NCBI GenBank assembly: GCA_003153775.1
Contig: PMBI01000062.1
Coordinates: forward strand, 4,110 to 68,109
Length of the DNA: 64,000 nucleotides
Source: Syntrophaceae bacterium
GTDB lineage: Bacteria > Desulfobacterota > Syntrophia > Syntrophales > UBA2185
Reading direction: 5' to 3'
Shown in pieces: positions 42,234 through 53,500 of this stretch (position 1 is its first letter; every line of letters starts with the position of its first letter). The notes under the pieces are model-generated. The model had not been told where the DNA came from. It did no database searches and worked only from the letters and a program-made list of their open reading frames with translations. A program made the position numbers and the translations under genes.

Positions 42234-45110
42234 ATGGACAAACCCCTCCGCATACTGATCCTCGAAGACAGGCCGAGCGACGCGGATCTCATGGAATTTG
42301 AGCTCCAAGAGGCGGGACTCACTTTTATCTCAAAAAGGGTCATGACTGAAGATGCCTTTCTCAGGGAACTCGAAGAATTTTGTCCCGACCTCATTCTTTC
42401 CGATTACGACCTTCCCCAGTACACCGGCTTCCTGGCTCTTAGCGAGGCGAAAATTAAATGCCCCGATGTCCCTTTTATCCTTGTGACGGGCGCCATCGGT
42501 GAAGACCGGGCTATAGAGATCCTGACCCACGGGGCAAAGGATTACGTCATGAAGAGCCGTCTTCACCGTCTTGTGCCGGCCGTCCACAGGGCCCTCGCCG
42601 AAGCGGAAGAACACAAGGGGCGCAAGGATGCGGAAGAGCAACTGCGTAAAGCCCACCGAACCCTCGAAAAGAAGGTTGAGCAAAGGACTGCCGAACTGCA
42701 AGCCGAAATAACGGGGCGAAAGAAGATGGAAGAGGCCTTGCGGGAGAGCGAGCAGCGCTACCGTGAACTCGTCCAGTCATCGCCGGACGCCGTGATCGTA
42801 CACCGCGACAGCATGTTCCTCTTCGCCAACCCCGCGGCGCTGAGGTTATATGGCGCGGATTCCATCGAACAACTCCAGGGCAAAACCGTCCTTGACCTGG
42901 TGCACCCGGATGACCGTGCAGCTATTGCGTTGCGTCTTGAACAGGGACAGGCTGGACAAAGGTTGCCGCTCCGGGAAGCGAGGTTGGTGCGTATGGACGG
43001 GCAAGTGATTCCGGTCGAGACCGTCGGGGGTACGGTATACTACCAGGGAAGGCGCGCCGTCCAGATCATCATCCGCGACATTACCGGACGCAGGCGGGTG
43101 GAGGAAGCTTTAGCACAGGAGAAACTATTTTCTGACGCCGTCGTAGACAGTCTGCCGGGTATCTTCTTTATCATTGACGAAAGAGGCCGGCTTATTCATT
43201 GGAACAAGAATGCGGAAAAAATATCCGGTTATTCGGGAGAGGAAATGTCTACCCTTGAGATCATGACCGTCATCGCCGAAGAGGACAAGGATCTAATTGT
43301 CCGTGAATTGCAGGAAGGATTTGTCAAAGGCACAGCCACTGCGGAAGCGCATTTAGCAGCGAAAAGTGGGCATAAGATCCCTTTCTATCTGACAGGAACG
43401 CGGGCAGCCATCGGGGACAAACAGTATCTCATAGGGATGGGCATAGATGTCACCGAGCGGAAACAGAGGGAAGAACGGATCGCCAAGCTGACCCGTCTTT
43501 ACGCGGCGCTCAGCCGTGTCAACGAAACAATTATTCGTGTCCGGGATGTGGAGTCGCTGTACCGTGAGGTTTGCCGGATTGTGTCCGAAGAGGGAGGTTT
43601 CCCGCTGGTCTGGATAGGGCAGGCGAACGGCGAGCAAGTTGTTCCGATCGTCTGGTACGGTCCGGCCGGCGACTATGTGAAAGAGATCAAAGTGGAAACC
43701 AAAGGCGAACTGGGCCAGGGCCCGACGGGCACCAGCATCCGGGAGAACCGGCCGGTGATCAACGATGACTTTGCAACCAACCCCGCCACTTCGCCCTGGC
43801 GCGAAAAGGCCGGTCGTTACGGGTTCCGCGCCTCTGCTGCATTCCCCTTGCGCCGCCGGGGAAGGGCCACCGCCTCACTCACCATTTACGCCCTTGAGCC
43901 CGGCGTCTTTGACACGGAGCAGGTTGGCCTGCTTGAATCGCTGAGCGCCGACATTTCGTATGCCATCGACGCCCTCGATCATGAGCATCTCCGGAGCCGG
44001 GCCGAAGAGGCGCTGCGGGAGAGTGAGGATAAATTTGCCGGCTTATACTCTTCGATGGTTGAAGGAGTGGCCCTTCACAAAATTATTTATGATGCATCCG
44101 GCAACGCCGTCGATTACATCATCACAGACGTTAACCCTTCATATGAGTCTATTACAGGGCTGAGAAGAGAAATGATTGTGGGCAAGAGAGCCACAGAAGC
44201 ATACGGCACAACTGAAGCGCCATTTGTCGAGGTATATGCACGGGTGGCCCTTTCTGGAAGACCTGAAGTATTTGAAGTGTACTTTCCTCCGATGAAAAAG
44301 TATTTTGCCATCTCTGCTTTTTCCCCGGCCAAGGGACAGTTTGGAACTGTCTTTCAAGACATCAGCGAGCGCAAGCAGGCCGATGAGGAAATAAAGAAAC
44401 GCACAGCGCAGCTTGAAGAACTAAACAGGGAACTGGAGAGCTTCAGTTATTCCGTTTCACATGACCTGCGTGCGCCGCTCCGCGCCATAGACGGGTACGC
44501 GCGCATGATCCTCAAGAAACAGGCCGATAAATTTGACGAAGATACGCTTCATAAATTTAACGTAATCAGAAGCAGCACGCAGACGATGAGCCAGCTCATC
44601 GACGACCTCTTGACCTTCTCCCGCCTTGGAAGACAACATATGTCTGTGAGTGAGCTGGACATGCACGCCCTGATGAGAGACTCCTGGAAAGAACTGGAGG
44701 TCATCAACCCGGACAGGAATATGCGGCTTACAGTCAAGAATATTCCCGCAGGTTATGGAGACAGGGCTCTCATCAAACAGGTGTGCATCAACCTTCTTTC
44801 CAATGCCATCAAGTTCACAAAGTACCGGGACGATGCCGATATAGAAGCCGGGGGCTATCCAGACGAAGAAGAGAACGTGTATTTTGTCAGGGACGACGGC
44901 GTCGGCTTTGACATGGAATATTATGATAAGTTGTTCGGCGTCTTCCAACGCCTGCACAGCGCCGATGCTTTCGAAGGGAGCGGCGTAGGTCTGGCAACTG
45001 TCCAGCGCATCGTACACAGGCACGGAGGTCGTGTGTGGGCTGAAGGCAAGGTAGACGGGGGAGCGTGTTTTTATTTCGCCCTGAGAAAACAGGACGCGAG
45101 CGAGAGATAA
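42234..45110 (+). CDS. Hybrid sensor histidine kinase (N-terminal receiver, PAS x3, GAF, HisKA, HATPase_c)
   Basis: Receiver domain LRILILEDRPSDADL..ILSDYDLP..K. PAS/GAF blocks. H-box SYSVSHDLRAPL. G-boxes ..VRDDGVGF.. and GSGVGLATVQRIV. AAGGA sits 7 nt upstream of ATG 42234. Confidence 0.92.
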   Translation: MDKPLRILILEDRPSDADLMEFELQEAGLTFISKRVMTEDAFLRELEEFCPDLILSDYDLPQYTGFLALSEAKIKCPDVPFILVTGAIGEDRAIEILTHGAKDYVMKSRLHRLVPAVHRALAEAEEHKGRKDAEEQLRKAHRTLEKKVEQRTAELQAEITGRKKMEEALRESEQRYRELVQSSPDAVIVHRDSMFLFANPAALRLYGADSIEQLQGKTVLDLVHPDDRAAIALRLEQGQAGQRLPLREARLVRMDGQVIPVETVGGTVYYQGRRAVQIIIRDITGRRRVEEALAQEKLFSDAVVDSLPGIFFIIDERGRLIHWNKNAEKISGYSGEEMSTLEIMTVIAEEDKDLIVRELQEGFVKGTATAEAHLAAKSGHKIPFYLTGTRAAIGDKQYLIGMGIDVTERKQREERIAKLTRLYAALSRVNETIIRVRDVESLYREVCRIVSEEGGFPLVWIGQANGEQVVPIVWYGPAGDYVKEIKVETKGELGQGPTGTSIRENRPVINDDFATNPATSPWREKAGRYGFRASAAFPLRRRGRATASLTIYALEPGVFDTEQVGLLESLSADISYAIDALDHEHLRSRAEEALRESEDKFAGLYSSMVEGVALHKIIYDASGNAVDYIITDVNPSYESITGLRREMIVGKRATEAYGTTEAPFVEVYARVALSGRPEVFEVYFPPMKKYFAISAFSPAKGQFGTVFQDISERKQADEEIKKRTAQLEELNRELESFSYSVSHDLRAPLRAIDGYARMILKKQADKFDEDTLHKFNVIRSSTQTMSQLIDDLLTFSRLGRQHMSVSELDMHALMRDSWKELEVINPDRNMRLTVKNIPAGYGDRALIKQVCINLLSNAIKFTKYRDDADIEAGGYPDEEENVYFVRDDGVGFDMEYYDKLFGVFQRLHSADAFEGSGVGLATVQRIVHRHGGRVWAEGKVDGGACFYFALRKQDASER

Positions 45111-45180
45111 AATAAAATGTTACATCATTTTTTTATCCGTAGGGAAATTATTGCAAAAATAGATTTTATCTCTTTCTCGC
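45096..45180. repeat. Long-range inverted repeat spanning the kinase stop codon (possible terminator/structure)
   Basis: GCGAGCGAGAGATAAAAT (45096-45113) and ATTTTATCTCTTTCTCGC (45163-45180) are 16/18 complementary, with a 49-nt AT-rich loop. Confidence 0.4.
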
Positions 45181-45250
45181 CCGCTTTATCAAAGGGGATT
45201 GAGGGAATTCATTCCACTTCGCAAACTCTCTTTTAGCTTTCTTGTGCATA

Positions 45251-47068
45251 TCAGGATTTCTTTTTTTTCTTCTCTTCGTACATCAATTTGTCCGCATGCG
45301 CCATAAGCTCGTCGATAGCAGAAGGCTTTTCGGGGTCATAGTAGGCGCAGCCGACGCTGACTGAAATCCTGAATTTCCGATTTTCCCTGTTATTGAGCGC
45401 TTCAAGCTGGTTGTGCAACCGGTTCGTAAGAATTTCCGGATTTAATTTAGATGTGTCAATGGCGAGTACCGCGAATTCATCCCCCCCCATGCGCGCGATG
45501 ATGTCCGATGATCTGAAGGCGTCTTTGAGTACCGTGGCCACTTCCATCAGTGCGTTGTCCCCCTCTTTATGACCCATCTTATCATTGATCCATTTCATCC
45601 CGTCGAGATCTGCGAAAAAGAGCTGCATCCCCTTCTTTGTCCTGTCTGCTATCTTCAACTGGTGCTCGGCGAGGGTTAAAAAGCCCCTCCTGTTGTGCAG
45701 TCCGGTAAGCTGGTCCGTCATGGAGAGGGCCATTATCTCTTCTTCCATGTGCTTGCGGTCGCTGATGTCGAACAGTGAACCGTGGATGTAAATAGACTTG
45801 CCGGCATCGTCGCGGACATTCTGGATCAGCTCATGAACCCACCGCGATTGCCCGTCCTTGCAGACGATACGGTATTCCCTCTCCGTAGAATAGCCGGGAA
45901 TGGAGCGGATATTCTCTTTGCTCTTGTGGATCTTCAGAAAGTCTTCCGGGTGAATGATCTGGTCCCACGCCGGATTCTCGGCAACAAACTCTTCCGCAGT
46001 ATAGCCGGTTATCTCCTCAACAGCGCCGTGAAAAAAGATGGGCGCAAAGTCAATCGTCCGCCGGAAGGCGATGCCGCGGAACTTCTGCAGGAATGAGCGG
46101 TAACGCTCTTCGGACTCCCTTAGCGCCTGTTCCGCCCTGTTCCGTTCCGTGATCTCTTTTTCGAGGGTCGTTGCGTGTTTTTTCAGATCTTCCATGTGCA
46201 GCTTGATCCGAGAGTGGAGCTGGGCGTTTTCGAGGGCAAAGCCTATTTCTCGTATCATGATGGATAGTATCTGCTCGTCGTTCGTATCAAAAAGCCCATT
46301 GCCTCCCTTGGACGCAAGGTTCAGTACAGCCGCAACCTCATCCCTGATAAAAATCGGCATGCTCAAAAATGAAGGCGATCCGCACTCCGGATAGTCTTTC
46401 CGTATTACTCTCGGATCACTGTCGGCGTCCTTCACGAGGAGAGCCTTCTTCTCCATGAGGACATACGTTGCCGGGGAATCCGCCATATTGATGCGATAAT
46501 TTCTAAGATCCTTGCCGAGACCTTTCATTCCTAAGATGCGGAACTGCTGCGATGCCGCGTCAACCATGTAAACAGAACCTATTTGAGCCCCCGTCAATGC
46601 CATGGATTTGTCCAGAAGCAGGCCCAGCATCTCATCGATATCCAGTATCTTGCTCGCAATTTCTGTAAGCTCCTTAATCGAAACCAGTTCAAACGTCTTC
46701 TGGCTGAGCTCTTCCGTTGTATGCTCAAACTTCTCCATCAATCTGTTGAAGGCGACGGATATATCCCGCAATTCCGCCACATCGTTTCTTATCTCCATGG
46801 AAACCTGGTCGCCGGATGCGGCCTTTTTCATCGACATGGCGACATCGAAGAACCTGTTAAAAACCTGGCGGAGGATTATCAACCCGGCGCACACAATGAA
46901 GAGGATCACGCCGATTATGATCACGTGTACAAAATTGAGAGAGATGTCACTTTGATAAATAATAAATAAAAGGACGAGGAAAGGCAGGGCAAAAATCAGG
47001 AATTCTATGACGGAGAGTTTGTATCTTAACTCCCGTCCCTCCATACTACCCATGATGCGTAACGCCAT
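45251..47068 (-). CDS. Diguanylate cyclase (TM-HAMP-GAF-PAS-GGDEF)
   Basis: 605 aa with two TM helices, HAMP-like linker, GAF and PAS domains. Active-site RMGGDEFAV and upstream RxxD-like I-site region. Confidence 0.92.
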   Translation of the reverse strand: MALRIMGSMEGRELRYKLSVIEFLIFALPFLVLLFIIYQSDISLNFVHVIIIGVILFIVCAGLIILRQVFNRFFDVAMSMKKAASGDQVSMEIRNDVAELRDISVAFNRLMEKFEHTTEELSQKTFELVSIKELTEIASKILDIDEMLGLLLDKSMALTGAQIGSVYMVDAASQQFRILGMKGLGKDLRNYRINMADSPATYVLMEKKALLVKDADSDPRVIRKDYPECGSPSFLSMPIFIRDEVAAVLNLASKGGNGLFDTNDEQILSIMIREIGFALENAQLHSRIKLHMEDLKKHATTLEKEITERNRAEQALRESEERYRSFLQKFRGIAFRRTIDFAPIFFHGAVEEITGYTAEEFVAENPAWDQIIHPEDFLKIHKSKENIRSIPGYSTEREYRIVCKDGQSRWVHELIQNVRDDAGKSIYIHGSLFDISDRKHMEEEIMALSMTDQLTGLHNRRGFLTLAEHQLKIADRTKKGMQLFFADLDGMKWINDKMGHKEGDNALMEVATVLKDAFRSSDIIARMGGDEFAVLAIDTSKLNPEILTNRLHNQLEALNNRENRKFRISVSVGCAYYDPEKPSAIDELMAHADKLMYEEKKKKKS

Positions 47069-47417
47069 GGCAATTCTCCCAGAAGGTTATGAATGAAAGA
47101 TTGTAGTTTGATACTTCGCAGAACCTGTAATTGAACAGTCTGCCGATCGTCTATTTTACGAAATGTATCACGCAAGGTACCTCAAGTTGGAATTACATTC
47201 AAGGAGATTTTCCACTGCACGAAGGGCAATTGCGCATTGCTCGCCTCTCGCTGTTGTTCGGCGTGGACAAATGACTCCCCTTGTAGTTTGTCCGGGTTTG
47301 ATATATAAATATGTGCTGATTTTTTGCAGCGCCGCTCATGAGGGAATCCGATCTTCGACAAGGACAAGGGTGTTCTTCCGTATCAGTTTATATGTAGCCA
47401 TTCGCAAGGAGAGCAAG

Positions 47418-48452
47418 ATGAAAAGATTGATGCAGATTTTTGTCATACTGTTATGTGGCTGTGTATGGTTTGGTCAGGCGGCCTTTGCAGGACCATCCGT
47501 AGTAGTCTCCGAGGGCAAGTACGTGATGGGCGACCTCGACTCCAAGAAGGATGCCAAGGCCCTTGCCTTGATTGAAGCAAAAAGGCTCGCGCTCGAGCAG
47601 GCAGGCACTTACATCGCAAGCTCTACCGAAGTGAGGAACTTCCAGTTGTCCAAAGATCAGATAAATACGCTGGCCTCGGGTATCATGTCCGTGGAGGTTC
47701 TGAAAGAGGACTGGAAGCTGTCAGGCGAAAACATGGTGGTCACTATCCAGATCCGCGCGACCATCGACACTTCCAACCTCAAAGACAAGATATCCAGGAT
47801 GCAGGAAGGCGAAGGCACGGAAAATTATAAGGAGATTCAAAACCAGTTGGCGGTTTTGCAGAAGGAGCTTTCGGAATTGAAGGCCCAGAGGCAGAAGGAA
47901 GCTGCGGCAGGGGCCAAAGAACCTCCCACGAAGGAGCTTCAGGAAAAGCACGAGGATATCGTCAAGAGGATGTCTGCACTGGAATATGTAGAGAAAGGTA
48001 ATGGAGCCCTCGCCACTCAGCGCTGGAAAGACGCCCTTGATGTGTTCGATCGGGCTGTTACCGTTAATGCCGTCATGGTCGATGCCTATGCGGGGAAGTC
48101 TTTCGCCCTCTATATGCTGAGAAGGCCGGAGGAAGCCCTTGCGTCCGCGGATAAGGGATTAGAGATAGATCCTTTGTCACCGAGAAATCTGGGAGTCAAG
48201 GCGCTGATTTTGAAGGACAGACCGGATCAGGTTGATATCGCACTCGGCCTCATCAATAAGGCGCTGCATATCGCACCCGGCAGCCAGAGGCTGTATCGTA
48301 TCAGGGGTGAAGTGTACATAAAAATGAAAAGGCCCCGTCTGGCCCAGGCGGATTTTGCAGCCGCCTGCAAACTGGGGGCCCAAGAAGCCTGTAGAAGGGC
48401 GGAGATGCTGAGAGACAGGGTCGGCCCCAAAAGGCAGTTCGAACGAAGATAG
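47418..48452 (+). CDS. Secreted/lipoprotein with coiled-coil and TPR repeats
   Basis: 344 aa from ATG 47418, with AAGGAGAG upstream. Signal peptide MKRLMQIFVILLCGC, Lys/Glu-rich coiled coil, C-terminal TPR-like repeats. Confidence 0.75.
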   Translation: MKRLMQIFVILLCGCVWFGQAAFAGPSVVVSEGKYVMGDLDSKKDAKALALIEAKRLALEQAGTYIASSTEVRNFQLSKDQINTLASGIMSVEVLKEDWKLSGENMVVTIQIRATIDTSNLKDKISRMQEGEGTENYKEIQNQLAVLQKELSELKAQRQKEAAAGAKEPPTKELQEKHEDIVKRMSALEYVEKGNGALATQRWKDALDVFDRAVTVNAVMVDAYAGKSFALYMLRRPEEALASADKGLEIDPLSPRNLGVKALILKDRPDQVDIALGLINKALHIAPGSQRLYRIRGEVYIKMKRPRLAQADFAAACKLGAQEACRRAEMLRDRVGPKRQFERR

Positions 48453-48474
48453 AATACAAGAGGTGCGCCGAGGG

Positions 48475-49005
48475 ATGAACATCACCGGGACGCTGCGTGA
48501 GAAACTGCTCGGTTTTCAGAAGAATGAAATCACCGAGCATCATATCTATAGTAAACTCGCAGAAAAGGTCAAGTCACCTGAAAACCGCAGGATACTGGAA
48601 GACATCGCCGATGACGAGCTCCGGCACTATCGAAAGTGGCAGGAATATACACGGCACGATGTGGAACCTGACAGATTAAGAATCTGGAAATATTATTTAA
48701 TCAGCCGCGTCTTCGGGTTCACATTCGGCCTTAAGCTGCTCGAGAAAGGCGAAGAGGGCGCACAAGACAGTTACGGGAGCCTGCGGGAGACAATTCCGGA
48801 AGCCGATGCCATCGCGAAGAACGAGAGCGAGCACGAGATGGCCCTCTTGGAACTTCTTGATGAAGAAAGACTCCGCTACACGGGATCCATGGTGCTGGGT
48901 CTGAACGACGCACTTATGGAGATGACGGGAGTAACTTTTGCCGTGGCTGCGGTCAGTTTCCTGATCGGCTATACCATGCGAGCTTTCCTCGGCGTCAACG
49001 TCTGA
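48475..49005 (+). CDS. VIT1/CCC1-family protein with ferritin-like N domain but apparently missing most of the membrane domain
   Basis: Ferritin_CCC1_N-like ..NEITEHHIYSKLA..DELRHYRKW..NESEHE... Then GSMVLGLNDALMEMTG (start of VIT1 TM1) runs directly into VTFAVAAVSFLIGYTMRAFLGVNV-stop, which is the typical family C-terminus. Confidence 0.65.
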   Translation: MNITGTLREKLLGFQKNEITEHHIYSKLAEKVKSPENRRILEDIADDELRHYRKWQEYTRHDVEPDRLRIWKYYLISRVFGFTFGLKLLEKGEEGAQDSYGSLRETIPEADAIAKNESEHEMALLELLDEERLRYTGSMVLGLNDALMEMTGVTFAVAAVSFLIGYTMRAFLGVNV

Positions 49006-49048
49006 GAGCAATTCTGGCTTGCATCCAGCTTCTCTTATTTACTGTAAA

Positions 49049-49576
49049 TTAATCTTTTTCGAGCTTTCTCGGTAGGTTCACTTCCGGCGACAAGATCAAA
49101 TGGGGCGGAACTTCCTGCGCCCCGAGGATATGAACAAGTTGGTCGAGGGCGGAAGCTATATCCAGAAGCCGCGCGGCGGGGAGCACTTCCAGACCGGCAG
49201 CCAGAAGGCCCTGAGCCACCTCGGGCGCCCTCGCAACTAGTGCGTTTCCCTCCGGCGTAAGATTCACATCGACAATCCGCCGGTCTTCGCGTGTGCGCGT
49301 CCGTATGACAAGGCCTTGCTCTTCGAGACGGTTCAGTATGCCCACTACTGTCGCCGGATGCAGGTACATCTTATGGGCCAGTTCAGATACCTGAACGGGA
49401 GAGGATTCGGCGATCATCTTGATAGCCCAGAGCTGCGGACCGGTAATGCCCGTCTGTTTCTTCGCCTTCTTGGACTGCTCGTTAATGACCTGGTAAACCC
49501 TTCTCAGATTATCGAAGATGTCAGCAATAGCCATTTGCTTTTTTTGCACGTCATACTCCTCGCCGGTAAACCGCAT
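49049..49576 (-). CDS. MarR family transcriptional regulator
   Basis: Winged HTH ..GITGPQLWAIKMIAESSPVQVSELAHKMYLHPATVVGILNRLEEQGLVIRTRTREDRRIVDVNLTPEG... Start is uncertain (ATG 49576, GTG 49549 with AGGAG upstream, ATG 49534). Confidence 0.85.
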   Translation of the reverse strand: MRFTGEEYDVQKKQMAIADIFDNLRRVYQVINEQSKKAKKQTGITGPQLWAIKMIAESSPVQVSELAHKMYLHPATVVGILNRLEEQGLVIRTRTREDRRIVDVNLTPEGNALVARAPEVAQGLLAAGLEVLPAARLLDIASALDQLVHILGAQEVPPHLILSPEVNLPRKLEKD

Positions 49577-49601
49577 ATAGTTTCTATACTGATTGTTACT
49601 A

Positions 49602-49618
49602 TACAAATTATTTTTGTA
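49602..49618. promoter_or_regulatory. Candidate MarR operator (TACAAA-N5-TTTGTA)
   Basis: Perfect 6-bp inverted half-sites in the divergent marR / LysM-lipoprotein intergenic region. Confidence 0.3.
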
Positions 49619-49698
49619 AAAAACAATTGACTTTTTTTCTAAAAGTAGTAAAAAGAGTACATTATTGTAGCTCAAAATCATAGAAAGGAGTATTTCGT

Positions 49699-50205
49699 AT
49701 GAAAAGACGAACCGTACTTTATGGGCTATTAGCATTCATTATGAGTCTGACGCTGATTTTTGCCGGCGCGTGCACGAAGTCGGCGACGGTGAAGGACGTC
49801 GGCGCCGACCAGCAGACAGCGGCACAGAAGGAATCAGCTGCCGGCGTTCAGAAGTCAGAGGGCCAGAAAGTCGCGCCTGAGAGTGGAGCCGTGACAGGGT
49901 CAAGCAGGGCAGAAGCGAAGGGCAAGGCGGAAGCCGGAAAGATGGAGACCTACGTTGTCAAAAAGGGCGACTGCCTATGGACAATAGCCAAGAAAAAGAA
50001 GATCTACAACGATGCATTCCTCTGGCCTGTCATCTATGACGCCAACAAAGGCAAGATCAAGAAGGCAAATGTAATCTACCCGGGCCAGAAGCTGAAGATT
50101 CCCCGCAGCGGGATAACCATGGATGCCATCAAGGATGCAAGGAAAAAAGCCGGTGCCAAAAAGCCTTATCTTCCGCCGAAGGCCGCGGTAGTTCCGAAGG
50201 ATTAG
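49699..50205 (+). CDS. LysM-domain lipoprotein
   Basis: 168 aa. Signal peptide with lipobox-like LIFAGAC, low-complexity linker, LysM YVVKKGDCLWTIAKK..YPGQKLKIP. Confidence 0.8.
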   Translation: MKRRTVLYGLLAFIMSLTLIFAGACTKSATVKDVGADQQTAAQKESAAGVQKSEGQKVAPESGAVTGSSRAEAKGKAEAGKMETYVVKKGDCLWTIAKKKKIYNDAFLWPVIYDANKGKIKKANVIYPGQKLKIPRSGITMDAIKDARKKAGAKKPYLPPKAAVVPKD

Positions 50206-50302
50206 GCGCCGACAAAGATCTATTAATCACAGGCTTGCCCCGCGTTTAACGCCCGTTGTTGCGCGCAGGCGGGGTTGTTCAGGCCTGTATATTATCGATA
50301 TC

Positions 50303-50348
50303 AAAAGGGGCTTAGGTTTCCTCGTGAAACTATAAGCCCCTTTTTTTT
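50303..50348. terminator. Strong bidirectional rho-independent terminator
   Basis: GGGGCTTA (50307-50314) / TAAGCCCC (50333-50340) with inner GTTTC/GAAAC pairing. It is followed by T8 and preceded by A4, and lies between the convergent LysM gene and the RND operon. Confidence 0.8.
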
Positions 50349-50501
50349 GACCGCTGGCTATGGTGATTTCTCCTGATCTTTGCTTTCCAACATTCTAATT
50401 CTATTACATATGTATAAGAAGTGTGAACGGAAATAGAATATGGTCTCACCGATTATGAACATCGATCCATCAAAATGAATTGAGGGGAGCCTCCATACCT
50501 A

Positions 50502-53500
50502 TCAAACCTTGGCCGGTTCCGTGACGGCGGCATCTTCAGTGGCCCGTTTGCCGGCGTGTTCCGCAGCAAGGAACACATACATGGCCGGCACCACAAATAA
50601 CGTAAAGAGCGTGCCGATTGAGATTCCGGCTGCGATCACCAGGCCCATATTGAATCGTCCCGCGGCTCCTGCGCCTGACGCAAAGACCAGCGGCAGCACA
50701 CCCAGTACCATCGCCGCAGTAGTCATCAGTATCGGTCGCAGGCGGATGGCCGCCGCCATCTCCACTGCCTCACGCTTGCCCTTGCCCGCACGCTGTAGAT
50801 CATTGGCGAATTGCACGATCAATATGCCGTGCTTGCTGACGAGACCGATCAGCGTTACCAGGCCCACCTCCGTATAGATGTTCAGGCTCGCCTGGCCGAC
50901 TCCGAGGCTGATGAAGATCATCGCCCCGCAGATGGACATAGGCACGCTCACCAGCACGATGAGCGGATCCCGGAAGCTTTCGAAGAGTGCTGCCAAGGCA
51001 AGGAAAATGATGATCAAGGCGAAGAAGAATGTGAGCAGTAATGCGCTCGACTCCTGAACATACTGTCTCGATTCTCCTGAGTAATCAATGCTGTAGTTCT
51101 GGGGAAGTATGTCTTTGGCCAGTGTCTTGAGTGTCGCCAGCGCCTGACCAAGGGTGATGCCGGGAGACAGAACTGCTGATATGGTTGCGGAATTGAGCTG
51201 CTGGAAGTGGTTGATCGATTGTGGCACCACGGTGGTTTTGAGATTAGCTATGGTAGAAATCGGAATGGATGTGCCGCTCGTAGTATTGATGTAGTAATTC
51301 TTCAGTTGGTCGGCGTTGAGCCGGTCGCGCTGCTTCACCTGCGGAATCACTTTGTAAGAGCGTCCGGCAAGGCTGAAGTAGTTGACGTAGCCTTCGCTCA
51401 GCATGGAGGCCAGCGCGCCGCCAACATCACGCATAGTTAGTCCCAGTTGCGACGCCTTATCGCGGTCAAACTCCACGATGGTCTGTGGCTTGTCGATCTT
51501 AAGATCGGTGTCCACGAACATGAACATGCCGCTTGCATATGCCTTCTCCATGAGAGCCCGCGACACCTCATTCAGGCGTTCGTAGGACTCCGTGGTTCCG
51601 ATCACAAATTGTACGGGCAGGCCATGTCCGGTACCGGGCAACGCTGCGGGCTGGAACGCTACTGCCTGCGCCCCCGCTATCTCGCCAAGCCGGATTTGCA
51701 ATTCGGGCTGCACCCTCATGGCCGTGCGCGAGCGCTCGTCCCATGGTTTCAGCACCATACCTGCTAAACCCGAGTTAAGCCCGTTGAATCCCTCGACCTG
51801 AAACACGTGGTCTGTTTCCGGGAAGGAGGCGATAGTTTTGTAGAGTTGTTTTGCATAGAGCTGTGTCTGCTGCAGGGTGGCATCCGGGGCTGCCGTTATC
51901 ATCGATATGATGATACCCTGGTCCTCCTGCGGTGCGAGCTCGCTCTTCGAGCTTACAAACAGGAAGTAGTTGCTGGCAAGGATGATCACGGCAAATACCC
52001 CTGCCACAGGCAGGTAGTTGAGAGTGCCCCGCAGCATCCTTTCGTAACCGCTACGCAGACGGGAGAACTGGCGGTTGATGAATTCACCGAAGCGGTGCCG
52101 CTCGTTCGGGCCGGATGTCTTGAGAAAGCGAGCGCACATCATGGGGGACAGAGTAAGCGCGATGATCGCCGAGATGAACACGGCCCCGGCAAGCGTGTAA
52201 GCAAACTCGGTGAACAGTGCCCCCGTAAGGCCTCCCATGAACCCGATGGGGACGTATACTGCTATCAGAATCACCGTCATGGCGATAATCGGCCCACCAA
52301 GCTCACGTGCACCCTGCATGGAAGCCTGCAGGAGCGGAACTCCATCTTCCATGTGGCGGTTCACATTTTCCACCACGATGATCGCGTCATCTACCACAAG
52401 GCCGATGGCGAGCACCAGTGCGAGCAGCGTCATGAGATTGATCGTGTAGCCCAGCACCAGCATGATAAAAAATGCCCCGATCAGTGACAGAGGTATGGCA
52501 ACGGTCGGGATGATCACAGACCGGACCGAGCCGAGGGACAGAAAGATCACCAGGGTTACGATCAGCAGAGCTTCTATCAGCGTGATGACCACCTCTCTGA
52601 TCGAGCTGTTCACATACTTCGTAGCGTCATAGACGATGCGCCCTTCGAGGCCTTCGGGCAGTTGCTGCTCAATTGACGGGAACACCTTGCGTATACCATC
52701 GATGACCGTGAGAAGGTTTGCATTCGGCGCCACCTTGATACCAATGAAGACGGCGCTCTCGCCGTCGAAATGCACCGTCGAGTCGTAGTTTTCGGCGCCG
52801 AGTGAAACATTGGCAACATCGCCGAGACGGACGATAGCGCCGTTTGTCGATTTCATCACGAGGTTGCGGAACTCATCGACGGAGTGCATCCCTGTTGCTG
52901 CTGTAAGGTCTACTGTGACCATCTGTCCCTGGGTACGCCCGAGGGCCGAGATGAAGTCGTTTGCGGCAAGCGCAGTGCTCACGTCCGTAGCGGTCAGGCT
53001 ATAGGCTGCCATCTTCGCCGGGTCCAGCCAGGCCCGCAGTGCAAACTGCTGTTTGCCGATAATCTCTGCCGTTTGAACTCCTTCGATGGTCTGCAACTTC
53101 GGCTGCACCACCCGGATCAGATAATCCGTTATCATGTTAGTCGGCATTACCTTGCTGTAAAAGCCGATGTACATGGAGTCGACAGTCTCGCCAATGGACA
53201 GCGTAATCACGGGTTGCTGCGATTCTCTCGGCAACTGATTGATGACTGCGTTGACTTTGGTGTTGATCTCGGTGAGGGCCTTGCTCGGGTCATAGTTCAG
53301 GCGCAGGTTTGCCTGGATCGTGCTCATGCTCTGCGTGCTTGCCGAAGTGAGGTAGTCGATGCCGTTAGCCTGCGCGATTGAGTTTTCAAGGGCGGTTGTG
53401 ATGAAACCGGCAACCAGCGCCGGGTCGGCGCCTGTATAGACGGTTGATACGGTCACCACCGCGCTCTGTGTTTCCGGATACTGACGGACCGGCAGCCGGT

